Virus record (IMG/VR): IMGVR_UViG_3300036715_002961
Span: 24,801 to 88,800 of that record
Reading direction: 5' to 3' (one strand)
DNA: 64,000 nt
DNA from: a virus
Of this stretch, positions 19,679-29,269 are shown in pieces; the stretch's first letter is position 1, and the number at the start of each line of letters is the position of its first letter. Below the pieces are notes generated by a model that was not told the origin of the DNA, made no database searches, and worked only from the letters and a program-made list of their open reading frames with translations. A program made the position numbers and the translations under genes.

Positions 19679-20227
19679 TCAGGTGTCGAGGGTAGCGGCC
19701 GCCCAAATCAACCGAGATCCCGCGGTCATGCCGTAGAGGCGTAGCTCGAAATAGCCCTCGGCGGCGACGTGAAGATCAGCCGATCCGATGAGACGGCGGA
19801 GACGGTCGCGTTTGACGTCACCGGGGCGCTCGGCTTCCTCGAATGGGGGGAGCGATTCGAATGTAGGTTGCGGGGGTTGGACGCGAATGTTCGCCGGGAC
19901 GCCGCCGAGGCCCGTCGCGACGAGCGGTTTGAGCCACGCACTGAAATTCCGCTCGTCGAGAACCTCGACCTCGGCGGCGAAGTGCAGGCGGCGATGCATC
20001 GGCGTCGCGTAGAGCGTCAACGATCCGAGGTTTCCAGCCTGGGGCGACGAGGCTCCAAAAAAGTTGCGGCTCTGATGGCAAGCGACGCCTGATCCGAAAA
20101 GGCGCGAGCCGTCGACGGGAAGGCAAATCGCGCCTTGACGCAGCTCGATGATCGACTTGAGTTCTTGGCTCTCGATGAGCGAGCCGTCACGGGTACGAGT
20201 CGCTCGAAATGCTAGAAATTGATTCAT
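19679..20227 (-). CDS. Hypothetical protein
   Basis: 182 aa ORF, start overlaps the upstream stop. Confidence 0.55.
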   Translation of the reverse strand: MNQFLAFRATRTRDGSLIESQELKSIIELRQGAICLPVDGSRLFGSGVACHQSRNFFGASSPQAGNLGSLTLYATPMHRRLHFAAEVEVLDERNFSAWLKPLVATGLGGVPANIRVQPPQPTFESLPPFEEAERPGDVKRDRLRRLIGSADLHVAAEGYFELRLYGMTAGSRLIWAAATLDT

Positions 20228-20805
20228 TCTTGGGTCCCCTCTTCTGCGGTCGTGTCGTCGAGTTTCCAGGCGGAGAACGCGTTGTTGGCCCGCCACGCGC
20301 GGACGCTAGCGCGCTTCTCGTCGCGCTGACAATGCCCGCTCGTGTAACCGCTCAGGTCGTTGCAACGGCGGTAAGAGGTGCGGACCATATGAAGCGCGAT
20401 CCGCGCGCACAAACGCGGATCGGACGAGATCGCCGCGCCGTCGTAGCCGCGGGGGTCGGAGGTTGGGACGTAGGAGAACTCCCGCTCTTGGAGCAGAATT
20501 TTGACGCCCTTCGGCACGCGGATCTGGAGCGCGCAAACGGACTCGCCGTGGTCGCCCTTGACGCGACCGTCGAGGACGTCAGCGCGAAAGCTGGACTCGT
20601 AGGAGGCGATAGAGGCGAGAAGAGCGGCGGTGCGGACGCGACCAGCCGGGCCGGCGAAGATCGCAGGCTCGGCGGGGTCGAACGCGACTTCGACCATGTG
20701 CGCGAGGGCCGCTTCGTAGCGGCCGCGCTCGGCGTCCCGCTGTTTGGCGGGAAGGGTCCATGCGAGAGCGGCGGTCGTGAGGAGGGCGAGAAGTTTGGTT
20801 TGCAT
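20224..20805 (-). CDS. Secreted lysozyme-like / lytic transglycosylase
   Basis: Signal peptide; IASYESSF (catalytic Glu, ES motif) and ALQI (GLMQ-equivalent). Confidence 0.65.
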   Translation of the reverse strand: MQTKLLALLTTAALAWTLPAKQRDAERGRYEAALAHMVEVAFDPAEPAIFAGPAGRVRTAALLASIASYESSFRADVLDGRVKGDHGESVCALQIRVPKGVKILLQEREFSYVPTSDPRGYDGAAISSDPRLCARIALHMVRTSYRRCNDLSGYTSGHCQRDEKRASVRAWRANNAFSAWKLDDTTAEEGTQE

Positions 20806-20893
20806 AACGGCGTCGCTCTTAGCGATCAATCGCCATCGGGCAAAGGAAAACCGAAGTTCACTCCGAAATCGAAAGCAAATTCCGGCAACTCGC

Positions 20894-21607
20894 TCAGTCA
20901 ACGAACCCGCAAAATCGACGAAGCGCCGCCTCGTCGCCGTTGAAAACGTTGAGGTCGCACCAGCCCTCGACACCGGGGCATTTGGGAACGTTCCCCCATT
21001 TGACCGTGACGGGGTCGCCGGCGAACTGGAAAAATGCCCAATCCTCTTCGCTCCACGGTTCGACGACAGGGGGCTTGTCTACGTCGCGATTCACCGGGCG
21101 CCCGGGGTACTGCGGGATCCACAGACGGAACCCGGTCAGTTCGCTAGCGCGGCGGACGAAGGCGGGCTTGAATCGAGCGACGAACGCCTTGCCCGTGTAG
21201 AGCAGGCCGGTGCGACCGGTTTCGATTTTCACCTGGTCGAGAAAGTTGGTCGCGAAGTCGACGACCTCGTCGGGCGTAGCCGAATGACCTTCGAGATCTT
21301 CGAGGTCGAGGCAGGGGGGAAGTTCGTTGGCCGCGTACGGCGCCCGGTAGACCTCACAGAGGCGTTTGGCTTCCTCGCGCGCGTCAAACGCCACCGTCTC
21401 GCCGGGGGCGCGTTCGAGCTGCGCGTAGTGGTAGGAGCCGCCGAGACGACCCGTGCGCGAGACCGCGGCGAGCTGCTCGAATCGAAGGCGGTTCGCCGAG
21501 CTGCGGCCGTCGGTGGATTTGACGTAAACGAAACGGACCGACGCGGGAACCTGGTCCCAGTCGATCCGTTTTTGCCATCCTGAAATGTCGATTCCAAATG
21601 CTCGCAT
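20894..21607 (-). CDS. Endolysin, glycoside hydrolase family 25
   Basis: GIDISGWQ, GSYHY, LDLE, YTG, DLNVF motifs. Confidence 0.93.
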   Translation of the reverse strand: MRAFGIDISGWQKRIDWDQVPASVRFVYVKSTDGRSSANRLRFEQLAAVSRTGRLGGSYHYAQLERAPGETVAFDAREEAKRLCEVYRAPYAANELPPCLDLEDLEGHSATPDEVVDFATNFLDQVKIETGRTGLLYTGKAFVARFKPAFVRRASELTGFRLWIPQYPGRPVNRDVDKPPVVEPWSEEDWAFFQFAGDPVTVKWGNVPKCPGVEGWCDLNVFNGDEAALRRFCGFVD

Positions 21608-21624
21608 GAGGTGAGCTTAGCGCA

Positions 21625-22053
21625 CTAGACGGCCGCCAAATCGAGCGCGATGCAGAACGTATGCGTTGCGGACACGAGGCCAGCCGTGGTGGCGGCGATG
21701 AGCGCCACTTCGACGCCACCGCCGCCGATGTTCTGGAGGCGGGTCGGGTCGATTGCACCCTCGGCGGGGACGATGAGCGGGAGCGAGATCCGCTGGTTCT
21801 GCAACGCGTTCACCGCGGCGCCCGTCCAGAACCAGCGGTTTGAGTAGTGGTCGAACATCGCGAGGCGAAGCGGAACTACCGTCGCCCCTTCGTCGGCCGA
21901 GGGGAGCCAAACGGCGCTGACACGCTGAAGGGGGGATCCAACATTGTTTGAGCCGCGATGCGAAACACAGTTGTCCTTGCTCGGGGTTTGATTGGCGAGA
22001 GTATCGGTACCAATGGACGCGAGCGCCCGGTCGAAGTTCTTGTGAAATTTCAT
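21625..22053 (-). CDS. Hypothetical protein
   Basis: 142-aa ORF in the fibre operon. Confidence 0.55.
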   Translation of the reverse strand: MKFHKNFDRALASIGTDTLANQTPSKDNCVSHRGSNNVGSPLQRVSAVWLPSADEGATVVPLRLAMFDHYSNRWFWTGAAVNALQNQRISLPLIVPAEGAIDPTRLQNIGGGGVEVALIAATTAGLVSATHTFCIALDLAAV

Positions 22054-22056
22054 GAT

Positions 22057-23493
22057 TCATTCCCAGAAAGAGTTAACCGTCGCGGTACCGCGAATGACCT
22101 GCCCGGCGTTGACCGCACCCGACACGATGCGGAAAAAAATGTGAAGATAGGTACCAGGCTCGACGATGAGGGGGGCGTCGAAGTTGCGGTCGATGTTCTC
22201 CATTTTTTGACCGATCGGAGCAGCGGCCGCGAGCGTTTGGAAGCCGAGCGCTTCGCGACGGGGAGCGCGACCGGCGGCCGCTTCGGCCGTCGCGAGCGAG
22301 ACGCCAGTCGAGCCGACCGCGATACCCCATTGAAGGATCACCGGGGTCGCGGAGTTCGCGAGGCCCGTGTTGACGGTGTCGATCCACATCCCGCGAATAA
22401 TCAGCTTTTTGCCGGGAACCGTCGCAGAAGGCGTGGGAACCTGAAATGCAAAAAGAGCGAAGTCGATGTCGAGAGTCGCCAGAAGTGCGAATGCGAACTG
22501 CCCGCCCTTGGTCGTGTAGCCGGCCGTCGCATTCGCCAGCGTCGCCGCAACGGGGGCCGTCGAGTTGACGTAGTTAGCCGTTTGCCCCTGTGTATGTCCC
22601 GATGCCCCCTGGATACCAGAAAGGCCCATACCGACCTGCTGCGTAGCCCATAGACGGCCAGTTTGGAGATCACCAATGGAGACCGTGTAGCTACCGAGAC
22701 GGAAGCTACAGCCGCTGGACGCAGCGGCGACGATCGCATGTCGAACCGCAAATGGAAGGCTGGCGGATTGGACCGTCGCGGGGAGGTTCGGCGAGCGCGC
22801 GATACGGAGAACTTCCAGATTGTCGATCCAGAACTTGATCTGACCACGCGCGAGGGTGATGGTGAACCGGTACGTTTGCCCCGGGGTCATTGTGAATCCG
22901 GGCACTGGTGCCACGGTTTCGACGGAGTTGTAGTTGACGACACCAAAGACACCGGCCGACGAAATGCGGAAAAAAACACCGTCAGTCGGGGCAAACGGAG
23001 TAGCGCCACCGTCGGAGAAAAGCCCTGCGTCGATGGTCGTGTTCGTTCCGACAACCGCCGAAATGCTTCCCTGGAACTCGACATAGAGGCTCGACGCACC
23101 CATGATGGGAAACGTGCTGTAGGTTTGGAAGCGGACACCCGAGTTAGCCGTGGTTGCCACGGCGCCGTTAAAGATCAGATATTGACCGCCGTAGACGAGC
23201 GTCAGTGTGGTCGCAACAACTCGGTGTTTCGAAGTATTTTGGGCGGTGTAGGCGAAAACCTCTTCGTCCCAAATGGAATCGATGCCCACGCGAAGACGGT
23301 AGTCGTCGCTGGTTTCGGGGGAGACGAGATCGGGGGTTCCGATAATTGAACCGTCGTCATTTTCGCTGACGATTCGGACTGCGCCGACCTGGGTAGGGGT
23401 CGAGATATTCGCGAGATTCACCTTGGCACGAGCGTCGGTATCGACGCCCATCGTGATCCCAGTGGTTCCGTCTGCAATCGGCATTCCTGACAT
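22057..23493 (-). CDS. Probable fibre / virion protein with a lectin-like beta-sandwich
   Basis: 478 aa Thr/Ala/Gly-rich; DGVFFR...YRFTI...IKFWIDN. Confidence 0.55.
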   Translation of the reverse strand: MSGMPIADGTTGITMGVDTDARAKVNLANISTPTQVGAVRIVSENDDGSIIGTPDLVSPETSDDYRLRVGIDSIWDEEVFAYTAQNTSKHRVVATTLTLVYGGQYLIFNGAVATTANSGVRFQTYSTFPIMGASSLYVEFQGSISAVVGTNTTIDAGLFSDGGATPFAPTDGVFFRISSAGVFGVVNYNSVETVAPVPGFTMTPGQTYRFTITLARGQIKFWIDNLEVLRIARSPNLPATVQSASLPFAVRHAIVAAASSGCSFRLGSYTVSIGDLQTGRLWATQQVGMGLSGIQGASGHTQGQTANYVNSTAPVAATLANATAGYTTKGGQFAFALLATLDIDFALFAFQVPTPSATVPGKKLIIRGMWIDTVNTGLANSATPVILQWGIAVGSTGVSLATAEAAAGRAPRREALGFQTLAAAAPIGQKMENIDRNFDAPLIVEPGTYLHIFFRIVSGAVNAGQVIRGTATVNSFWE

Positions 23494-23494
23494 T

Positions 23495-25114
23495 TTATCC
23501 TCGCAAATATCCTACTTCGACCGAGCCAAATACCTTCCAGTCCGAACGGACTCGAACGGTGTAACCAACTCCCGGGTTGACCTCGAAACGGGCCGTCGCG
23601 GGGAGAATCGAATGCACGAACGCACCGTTGTCTGCGGTAGAACCTTGAAGGTTGGCGACAAAGACAGTCGACGCGGACACGGATGGATCGACGACGACCG
23701 TTTCGGCGAGCTGACCGCCGGAAACGCCGAAGTCGACGGTGACAAATCCGGAGATCCCTCCAGAGGAACCCGGGTTCGAGACCAGCGTGTACGGCGCCGT
23801 TAGGGGGACGGACGCCCACGCCTTCGCGGATGTGTCGGCATTGTCTGTAAACTTGAAGTTAGCAGCGGCGCCCGCAATCGTCGGTCGCTGGGTGAACGCA
23901 AACTGTGCGCCGCCGCCAATGAGCACGCCAGACCCCGCACTCGTTCCGTACGTTGCCCCGGCCGACTCAAGGTTTGAAAACGGCGTGAGAACAATGCCGT
24001 TTAAGACGCCATCAAAAAACCCGCAGTTCTGAATGACAGCCGACGACCCCGTCATGAGTTTGAGGGACTCATTGTAGCGAGTCCCGCCCGCTGTTGCAGC
24101 AAATGTGCAGTCCGCGAAGGTGACGCCATTGCCAGCAAAAACTTCACAGCGGCGAATGGTGCACCAAGTGTAGAAACCATTGAGCGCAGTGGCTTGCGGA
24201 TTCAGCGAATCGAAGTAGCACTTGATGATATTCGCGGAAGATCCGCCAATCATTCCGCTGGAAAATGACCGGACCCTGCACCGCGTCATGACCGCAAAGC
24301 CAAGCGACGGGGCCGTGGGCTCGAAGACGTCAAGGGCGCCATCGGTCCCGATATCCAGAGCGTCAATCAGCAAATATGCTTGTCCGCTCCGGTACTGGGT
24401 GACGCGCAACAATCCCGGATAGACGCGAGGCAAACGCCACTCATCGTAGCTGTCGGTCGGCGGCAACGTCACATCGGGGTAGACAAATGCCGGTGGCACG
24501 AGGTCGACGTCGCAGCCCGCGTCGAGGCCCGCGACGAGCCCAGTCGCCTTGTGGACCCAGTGAAATGCGCCGTTGCTGCCGCGGATCAGCTGCCCCGGAG
24601 CGAGAGGGAAACCGACGGGGGCCGTGACCGAGGCACGCGTGTTGGCGGGCGCGCTGAGCGCCGTTGCCGCGGACCCAGCGCGGGCCGTGGCGACGATACC
24701 GTTGGCGCCAGTGATCGCGAAATACCCGCCGCCGCCGTCGATGCAAATATCGAGGTAGATTGGATCGGTATCGGGAGTGTCCGACATCACGTGCACGATC
24801 GTTTGCTGCGGGATGCGCTTACCATTAAGGCGCGCACCAAGCTCCGCCCACGTGGCGATTGCGGTCCCGCTCGTGAGCCCGTTGTTGGCGTCGTTTCCAG
24901 TCGCGGGATCGATGTACCAGGCGGCTTGCGTACTCACTGCTTGGGGAAGCGGCGTGGAGCCGCCCGACGAAGCGCCGTTGTCTACCCAGGCCGCCCCGTT
25001 GTAGGTCCACAAATGACCATCGCCAGACAACACCACCGTGTCGCCCTTCGCGGGCGACACGGGAAGGGCGGCGACGACGGCCGGCCGAAGGGCGCTGAGC
25101 AGCTCGATGGCCAT
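23495..25114 (-). CDS. Tailspike-like protein with beta-helix (pectate-lyase-like) region
   Basis: WYIDPATGNDANNGLTSGTAIATW motif; repetitive I.NC.F-type strands. Confidence 0.65.
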   Translation of the reverse strand: MAIELLSALRPAVVAALPVSPAKGDTVVLSGDGHLWTYNGAAWVDNGASSGGSTPLPQAVSTQAAWYIDPATGNDANNGLTSGTAIATWAELGARLNGKRIPQQTIVHVMSDTPDTDPIYLDICIDGGGGYFAITGANGIVATARAGSAATALSAPANTRASVTAPVGFPLAPGQLIRGSNGAFHWVHKATGLVAGLDAGCDVDLVPPAFVYPDVTLPPTDSYDEWRLPRVYPGLLRVTQYRSGQAYLLIDALDIGTDGALDVFEPTAPSLGFAVMTRCRVRSFSSGMIGGSSANIIKCYFDSLNPQATALNGFYTWCTIRRCEVFAGNGVTFADCTFAATAGGTRYNESLKLMTGSSAVIQNCGFFDGVLNGIVLTPFSNLESAGATYGTSAGSGVLIGGGAQFAFTQRPTIAGAAANFKFTDNADTSAKAWASVPLTAPYTLVSNPGSSGGISGFVTVDFGVSGGQLAETVVVDPSVSASTVFVANLQGSTADNGAFVHSILPATARFEVNPGVGYTVRVRSDWKVFGSVEVGYLRG

Positions 25115-25917
25115 TACGCGATCACCACTACGGTGTATTGATTGAGAGAAGGGGCAGTCGCGAACTTGAGGCGGGTCGTGGTCGTCGAGAGGTTGATCGT
25201 TTCGACGACCACGCGGGCGCCGTCGCTAACGCGATAGACCTCAGCGATGACGTTGGTCGTTCCGAAGGCGTGATTGACGTCGAACTGCGTAGCGGCTCCA
25301 TCGCCGATCGTCGCGCTCGCGCGCTTCGCGAGGCCGGGATAGCCGGCGAGGGTCGACGGGGTGACCGCGCGGACCGCGTCGACACCAGCGTTGACCTCGA
25401 TCGAGGTCGCCAGCTCGACGATGCCGGCGACGGTCGTGGAGGCCGCGGGGACGGCCGCGGTGAGGTTCGTGAACGCGAGGGCCGAGACGTCGACGACTGG
25501 GTTCTGAGTCGACAAAAACCAGCGCGTACCCGCGTTAGTCGAACCTTCTTCGACCGGGACGACTGAGCCTTCAATCTCGGCGGTCGCGTCGAAATCGGTC
25601 GCTCGCGGCATCGCAGCGGCCGCGCCGTTCCAAATGCGAATGCCGTTTTCGGAGGGGGTCGTCTGGTTCGCGAGCAGGACGCGATCGCCAACCGAGAGCG
25701 CGACTCCGTCGAGGCTAGCGCCCGGGGAGGCGATGTTGACGTTTCCCGGCGGTAGGACGCGCACTGCGTCTTTCCAGGCGAGCAGGTTGACCGCTGCGGC
25801 AATGGCCGTGTCGACGTACGATTTGCTGGTCGCGTCGCCCGCGCTCACGGGCGTAGGCAGGTTTGTGATCTTCGCCGAGTTGTTCAGGTCGAAGTCGGAA
25901 AGTACTGAAATCGGCAT
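25114..25917 (-). CDS. Tail or head fibre protein
   Basis: ITNLPTP...DATSKSYVD, WKDAVRV, GDRVLLANQTTPSENGI, ASTTVAGIVELAT fibre motifs. Confidence 0.8.
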   Translation of the reverse strand: MPISVLSDFDLNNSAKITNLPTPVSAGDATSKSYVDTAIAAAVNLLAWKDAVRVLPPGNVNIASPGASLDGVALSVGDRVLLANQTTPSENGIRIWNGAAAAMPRATDFDATAEIEGSVVPVEEGSTNAGTRWFLSTQNPVVDVSALAFTNLTAAVPAASTTVAGIVELATSIEVNAGVDAVRAVTPSTLAGYPGLAKRASATIGDGAATQFDVNHAFGTTNVIAEVYRVSDGARVVVETINLSTTTTRLKFATAPSLNQYTVVVIA

Positions 25918-25922
25918 AGGAT

Positions 25923-25980
25923 CCTCAACTGAGATGGGCGGTACCGGCGAACCTCAACTGAGATGGGCGGTACCGGCGAA
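25923..25980. repeat. Perfect 29-bp tandem duplication
   Basis: CCTCAACTGAGATGGGCGGTACCGGCGAA at 25923-25951 and 25952-25980. Confidence 0.95.
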
Positions 25981-26676
25981 CGGCTGGTTGAACCGAACTT
26001 CGAGAACGTTGTTTGAGAGATGGAATATTTCGGTGCTCACAGACAGGCCGCCGACGGACACGACGCCGACGGAGGGGCGAAATCCGAAATTGTGGGCGAT
26101 GGTCCACACCGCGAGAGGATCCGCAGCCACAAAGTCGAGGGTTTTTCCCGACGGGCCGGGCGGCCCTTGGGGTCCGGGGACGCCGCGAAGGGCGTTGGAC
26201 GGAACGACGACCGGCGGGCAATCCGGGGCTGAAATCACTACAACGGGCTCGTCGGGATTCGGATGCGAGTACGTGGGCCCGTTCGCCGCGCACTCGCAAA
26301 TGTGCCCCCCGTCGACGTCGTCGTCGGCGAGAACCACAAACGTCTGAACACTGGTTCGCGCGGGCCCGGTCGGCGTGAATACTTCCAGCCACAAACGCCA
26401 AACGCCGATTTCGTCAAGGTCGCCGTCTTGCAGCTCGCGCGAAAAAACCGCTTGCTGCGAGGTCGCCTCGACCAGGTCGACCGACCAGATTTTTTGCGTA
26501 CCAGACGGTTTCGTGACGTAGGCCGCACCGCCAGTAATCGCCGCCGGGTCGAGCGGCGGGAAGGGCGCGCGCGGGTTCGGCGGCGGGCGCGGAACAACGA
26601 TCGGGATGCGGTAGCCCACGCCCATCGATGGGCGGTAGGCAGCGCCCGGTTTGAGTTTGCAGCCACATGATCGCAT
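25954..26676 (-). CDS. Fibre-associated protein (BppU-like N-domain, short collagen motif, HNxG C-domain)
   Basis: YVTKPSG...GDLDEIGVWRL; GVPGPQGPPGPSG; WTIAHNFGFRPSV; start uncertain (26676 or 26625). Confidence 0.6.
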   Translation of the reverse strand: MRSCGCKLKPGAAYRPSMGVGYRIPIVVPRPPPNPRAPFPPLDPAAITGGAAYVTKPSGTQKIWSVDLVEATSQQAVFSRELQDGDLDEIGVWRLWLEVFTPTGPARTSVQTFVVLADDDVDGGHICECAANGPTYSHPNPDEPVVVISAPDCPPVVVPSNALRGVPGPQGPPGPSGKTLDFVAADPLAVWTIAHNFGFRPSVGVVSVGGLSVSTEIFHLSNNVLEVRFNQPFAGTAHLS

Positions 26677-26728
26677 GGGCTGGATGATACTCGACGGGAA
26701 CCCGGGTTCCCGTCGAGCGGGGGCGATT

Positions 26729-27031
26729 TCAGTCGACGCAGCGGACCGTGCCGCAGCTCCGAACCGCGGCGCGAGTAGGCGCAGCGGCGAGGCATTCGGG
26801 CTTGAGGTCGATATGCGTGTTCGCACGGGCGCGAGCGCATACCTGGTAGCAGGTCAAACCCGCGTCGACTGGCGCTAATTCGGGGCAACCGAGGGCGCGC
26901 AGGTTGTCGCAGGCTCGCGCGCAGATAGCGCTAGGGCGCGCGTCTACCTCGTCGGGGGGCGAGGATGGCGAGCCGGCGCACGCGACGAGCAGAAAGGCGA
27001 CCAGGGGGATCGAATCGAAGAGGCGCTTCAT
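26729..27031 (-). CDS. Cys-rich lipoprotein
   Basis: MKRLFDSIPLVAFLLVAC lipobox; CxxxC repeats (CARAC, CYQVC). Confidence 0.7.
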   Translation of the reverse strand: MKRLFDSIPLVAFLLVACAGSPSSPPDEVDARPSAICARACDNLRALGCPELAPVDAGLTCYQVCARARANTHIDLKPECLAAAPTRAAVRSCGTVRCVD

Positions 27032-27807
27032 GGGGCGACCTGTACCACGTAGAGATCGCAAGTTCCGGGGTCGAGGATCCGGGCCTCGTCGAACCATACG
27101 AACCCGCCGTCGGCCCACTGGTCACCCCACGAATTGAGGATCCGGAAACGCGTGCCGTTGGCGTCGGTTTCGTAGCCAACGCACGCGAGCATGTGCCGGC
27201 CGAGTTCTTCACCGTCGAAGGCTCCGATGGGCTTTTTGCCGGTCGCGTCCTCGAATGCCTGGTCGACGCGGATCGCGAAAATGACCGGGTAGCCACGCGA
27301 GAGGGCGTGGCGCATTTCATCGACGCGAGTGCGGCCGACCGAATCGATCCGGTACCAGGCGGGGAGACTCGCGGCGCCGCCGGCTTGTAGGACGTCCATG
27401 GGCAGCGGTTCGAGGACGCGCTCGGCGTAGTCGGCGTCGAACGGCCAAACTCGCTCAGGCGGGACGCCGAAGTCGCGAACGGCGCGAAACAGCGTCCGCG
27501 CGGCGGTCCCCTCGTCGACCAGCGGTTCGGAGGCGGGCTTGTCGTAGAGGCGGGCGAGGGCGTAGAGCGCGAGGGCGGATGCCTCGGATCGGAATGCGCC
27601 AAGGCGGCGAAGGCGGACGTCGATCGCCGCAGCGGTGGCCTGGCCGACGCACGACGACGAGCCGAGCTGGTCGCGAACGCGCGCGACGTAGGGGGTCAAA
27701 TCGGCGCGCGCGGGGAGGAACACGAACGCGCCGAAATGAGCGCGGGTTGAGGGGGAATCGTCGGGGGAGTCGTCGATGATGTGGCCGTAGCCGCGTTTGA
27801 TGTTCAC
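27028..27807 (-). CDS. Papain-like cysteine peptidase (C1A)
   Basis: DQLGSSSCVG (Gln, Cys), HMLACVGY (His), ILNSWGDQWADGG (Asn). Confidence 0.92.
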   Translation of the reverse strand: MNIKRGYGHIIDDSPDDSPSTRAHFGAFVFLPARADLTPYVARVRDQLGSSSCVGQATAAAIDVRLRRLGAFRSEASALALYALARLYDKPASEPLVDEGTAARTLFRAVRDFGVPPERVWPFDADYAERVLEPLPMDVLQAGGAASLPAWYRIDSVGRTRVDEMRHALSRGYPVIFAIRVDQAFEDATGKKPIGAFDGEELGRHMLACVGYETDANGTRFRILNSWGDQWADGGFVWFDEARILDPGTCDLYVVQVAP

Positions 27808-27827
27808 GCGGCTACGGTATCAAATCG

Positions 27828-28598
27828 CTACGTCGCGAACCGATTTAGGCGGACTTCGGCGTGCCCCCCCTTTCGGGGTTTCATGTGGGAAACGAGGTCG
27901 GGGAAGCGAGCGACCAGATCGTCTGCCGCCGCCCTTGAGGTCTCGTGAGAGCGACCGAATGCCATGCAGCCGCCAGCCTCGACGCGGGCGCGGTTTTTTG
28001 GAGCCAGGTCGTTGAAGCGAACCACGGCGCGATCGTCGAGCCAGTAGAAGATGGTGCGCTCAATGTCGTCTTTGACGGGGACGGTCAAGCGATGCCGGCG
28101 GTCGTTGACGATTCCGTGCAAGGTTCCGATGATCGAGCGAAGGTCGAACGTCACGCCGCCGCCCATGAAATAGGGATTGAATAGCGGATACAGGCCCCAG
28201 ATCCGCGCGCGGGCGGCCGCACATACTTCGAACCCGGCATTGAAGACGCCGACCAGGTCGTTGACCTTCGAGAACGCGTTCGAGTTCTTTTCCGGGGATG
28301 CATAGACGGAATCGACGTCGTCGTCGCTTTGAACGATGAGGGCGCCATCTGGGAAGTAGTCGGTGATGAAGTTCCTTTGAGCCGTGAGCCCTTTCACGCC
28401 GACGACGAGTAGCCCATAGGAGTCCCGCGGGACGGCACACGCGTAGGCCGCGCGCTCCGCTTCGTCAGCGACAAAGATGTAAATGCGCTCGCGCTCGACA
28501 CCGCCCGCGCGAAGGGTTTGGAGGGCGCGACAGTCGATCAGGCTCGCGCGTTGGTAGCTCGGAATCGCCACTACCCAGTCAGTCGGATCGGAAATCAT
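27828..28598 (-). CDS. TET-associated glycosyltransferase (TAGT / GREB1-like, GT-A fold)
   Basis: VAIPSYQRA, QRNFI, SDDDV (DxD), KDDIERT, GGC motifs; two genes from the TET/JBP gene. Confidence 0.8.
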   Translation of the reverse strand: MISDPTDWVVAIPSYQRASLIDCRALQTLRAGGVERERIYIFVADEAERAAYACAVPRDSYGLLVVGVKGLTAQRNFITDYFPDGALIVQSDDDVDSVYASPEKNSNAFSKVNDLVGVFNAGFEVCAAARARIWGLYPLFNPYFMGGGVTFDLRSIIGTLHGIVNDRRHRLTVPVKDDIERTIFYWLDDRAVVRFNDLAPKNRARVEAGGCMAFGRSHETSRAAADDLVARFPDLVSHMKPRKGGHAEVRLNRFAT

Positions 28599-29269
28599 TG
28601 GAGGATCCCTCGTACAAGCCAGAATGCTTCCGCGGCCGCTTCCCCGACCTCTTCGCCTCGCGTTTCCGCCCATCGACGTACGCGGTCGACCGTGAGCCAG
28701 GTTCCCGGTCGGGCGAACTGGCTCTCGTAAGCAGCGCACGCGGCGAGCTTCGCGGATAGGTCGGCCGGCGAGAGCGGGAACAGGAACTTGCCGCCGGGAA
28801 GCTCGGGGGCGGGCCATACCGCCGCGTACGGGTATTCGTAGAGGGCGAGCATGACGCCGATGGTCGCCTCGCGCGGGCGTAGGGCCGCGAGAGTCGCGCG
28901 ATAGACGGCCTGGTGGTCTTGGTGGTGAGAGGCGTAGGCGACGAAAATTGACGTCGGGCGGAACTCGTCGATCCGGGCGTCAATCGACCCGACTAGATCG
29001 CGCTGGGCGACCATGTCGAGGCGCGATTGACGGTCGAGGCCCGCGGGGACGATGGCCCAGTCCTCTTCGGCTAGACCGAGGGCGCGCATGGAGGCGCGGA
29101 CCTCGTCGAGCGTTTGAACGGCACGACGCACGGGAGTCTCCCCGAAACTCAGGAAATCGACGCAACATTGCTTCCCTGCGCGCGTTTTGGCGGCGAGAAG
29201 GCCGCCGCAACCGAGCGCTTCGTCGTCGGCGTGGGGGGCGAGAACCAAGATCCGATCATCCCATCTCAT
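28595..29269 (-). CDS. PIG-L / LmbE family N-acetylhexosamine deacetylase
   Basis: LAPHADDEALGCGG, HHQDH, K..A.AAYESQ motifs. Confidence 0.92.
   Translation of the reverse strand: MRWDDRILVLAPHADDEALGCGGLLAAKTRAGKQCCVDFLSFGETPVRRAVQTLDEVRASMRALGLAEEDWAIVPAGLDRQSRLDMVAQRDLVGSIDARIDEFRPTSIFVAYASHHQDHQAVYRATLAALRPREATIGVMLALYEYPYAAVWPAPELPGGKFLFPLSPADLSAKLAACAAYESQFARPGTWLTVDRVRRWAETRGEEVGEAAAEAFWLVRGILQ

Noticed and set aside
22057-26676. Diversity-generating retroelement or invertase shufflon acting on the fibre genes
   Set aside because: No reverse transcriptase, TR/VR pair, invertase or inverted crossover sites seen; only a 29-bp tandem duplication.
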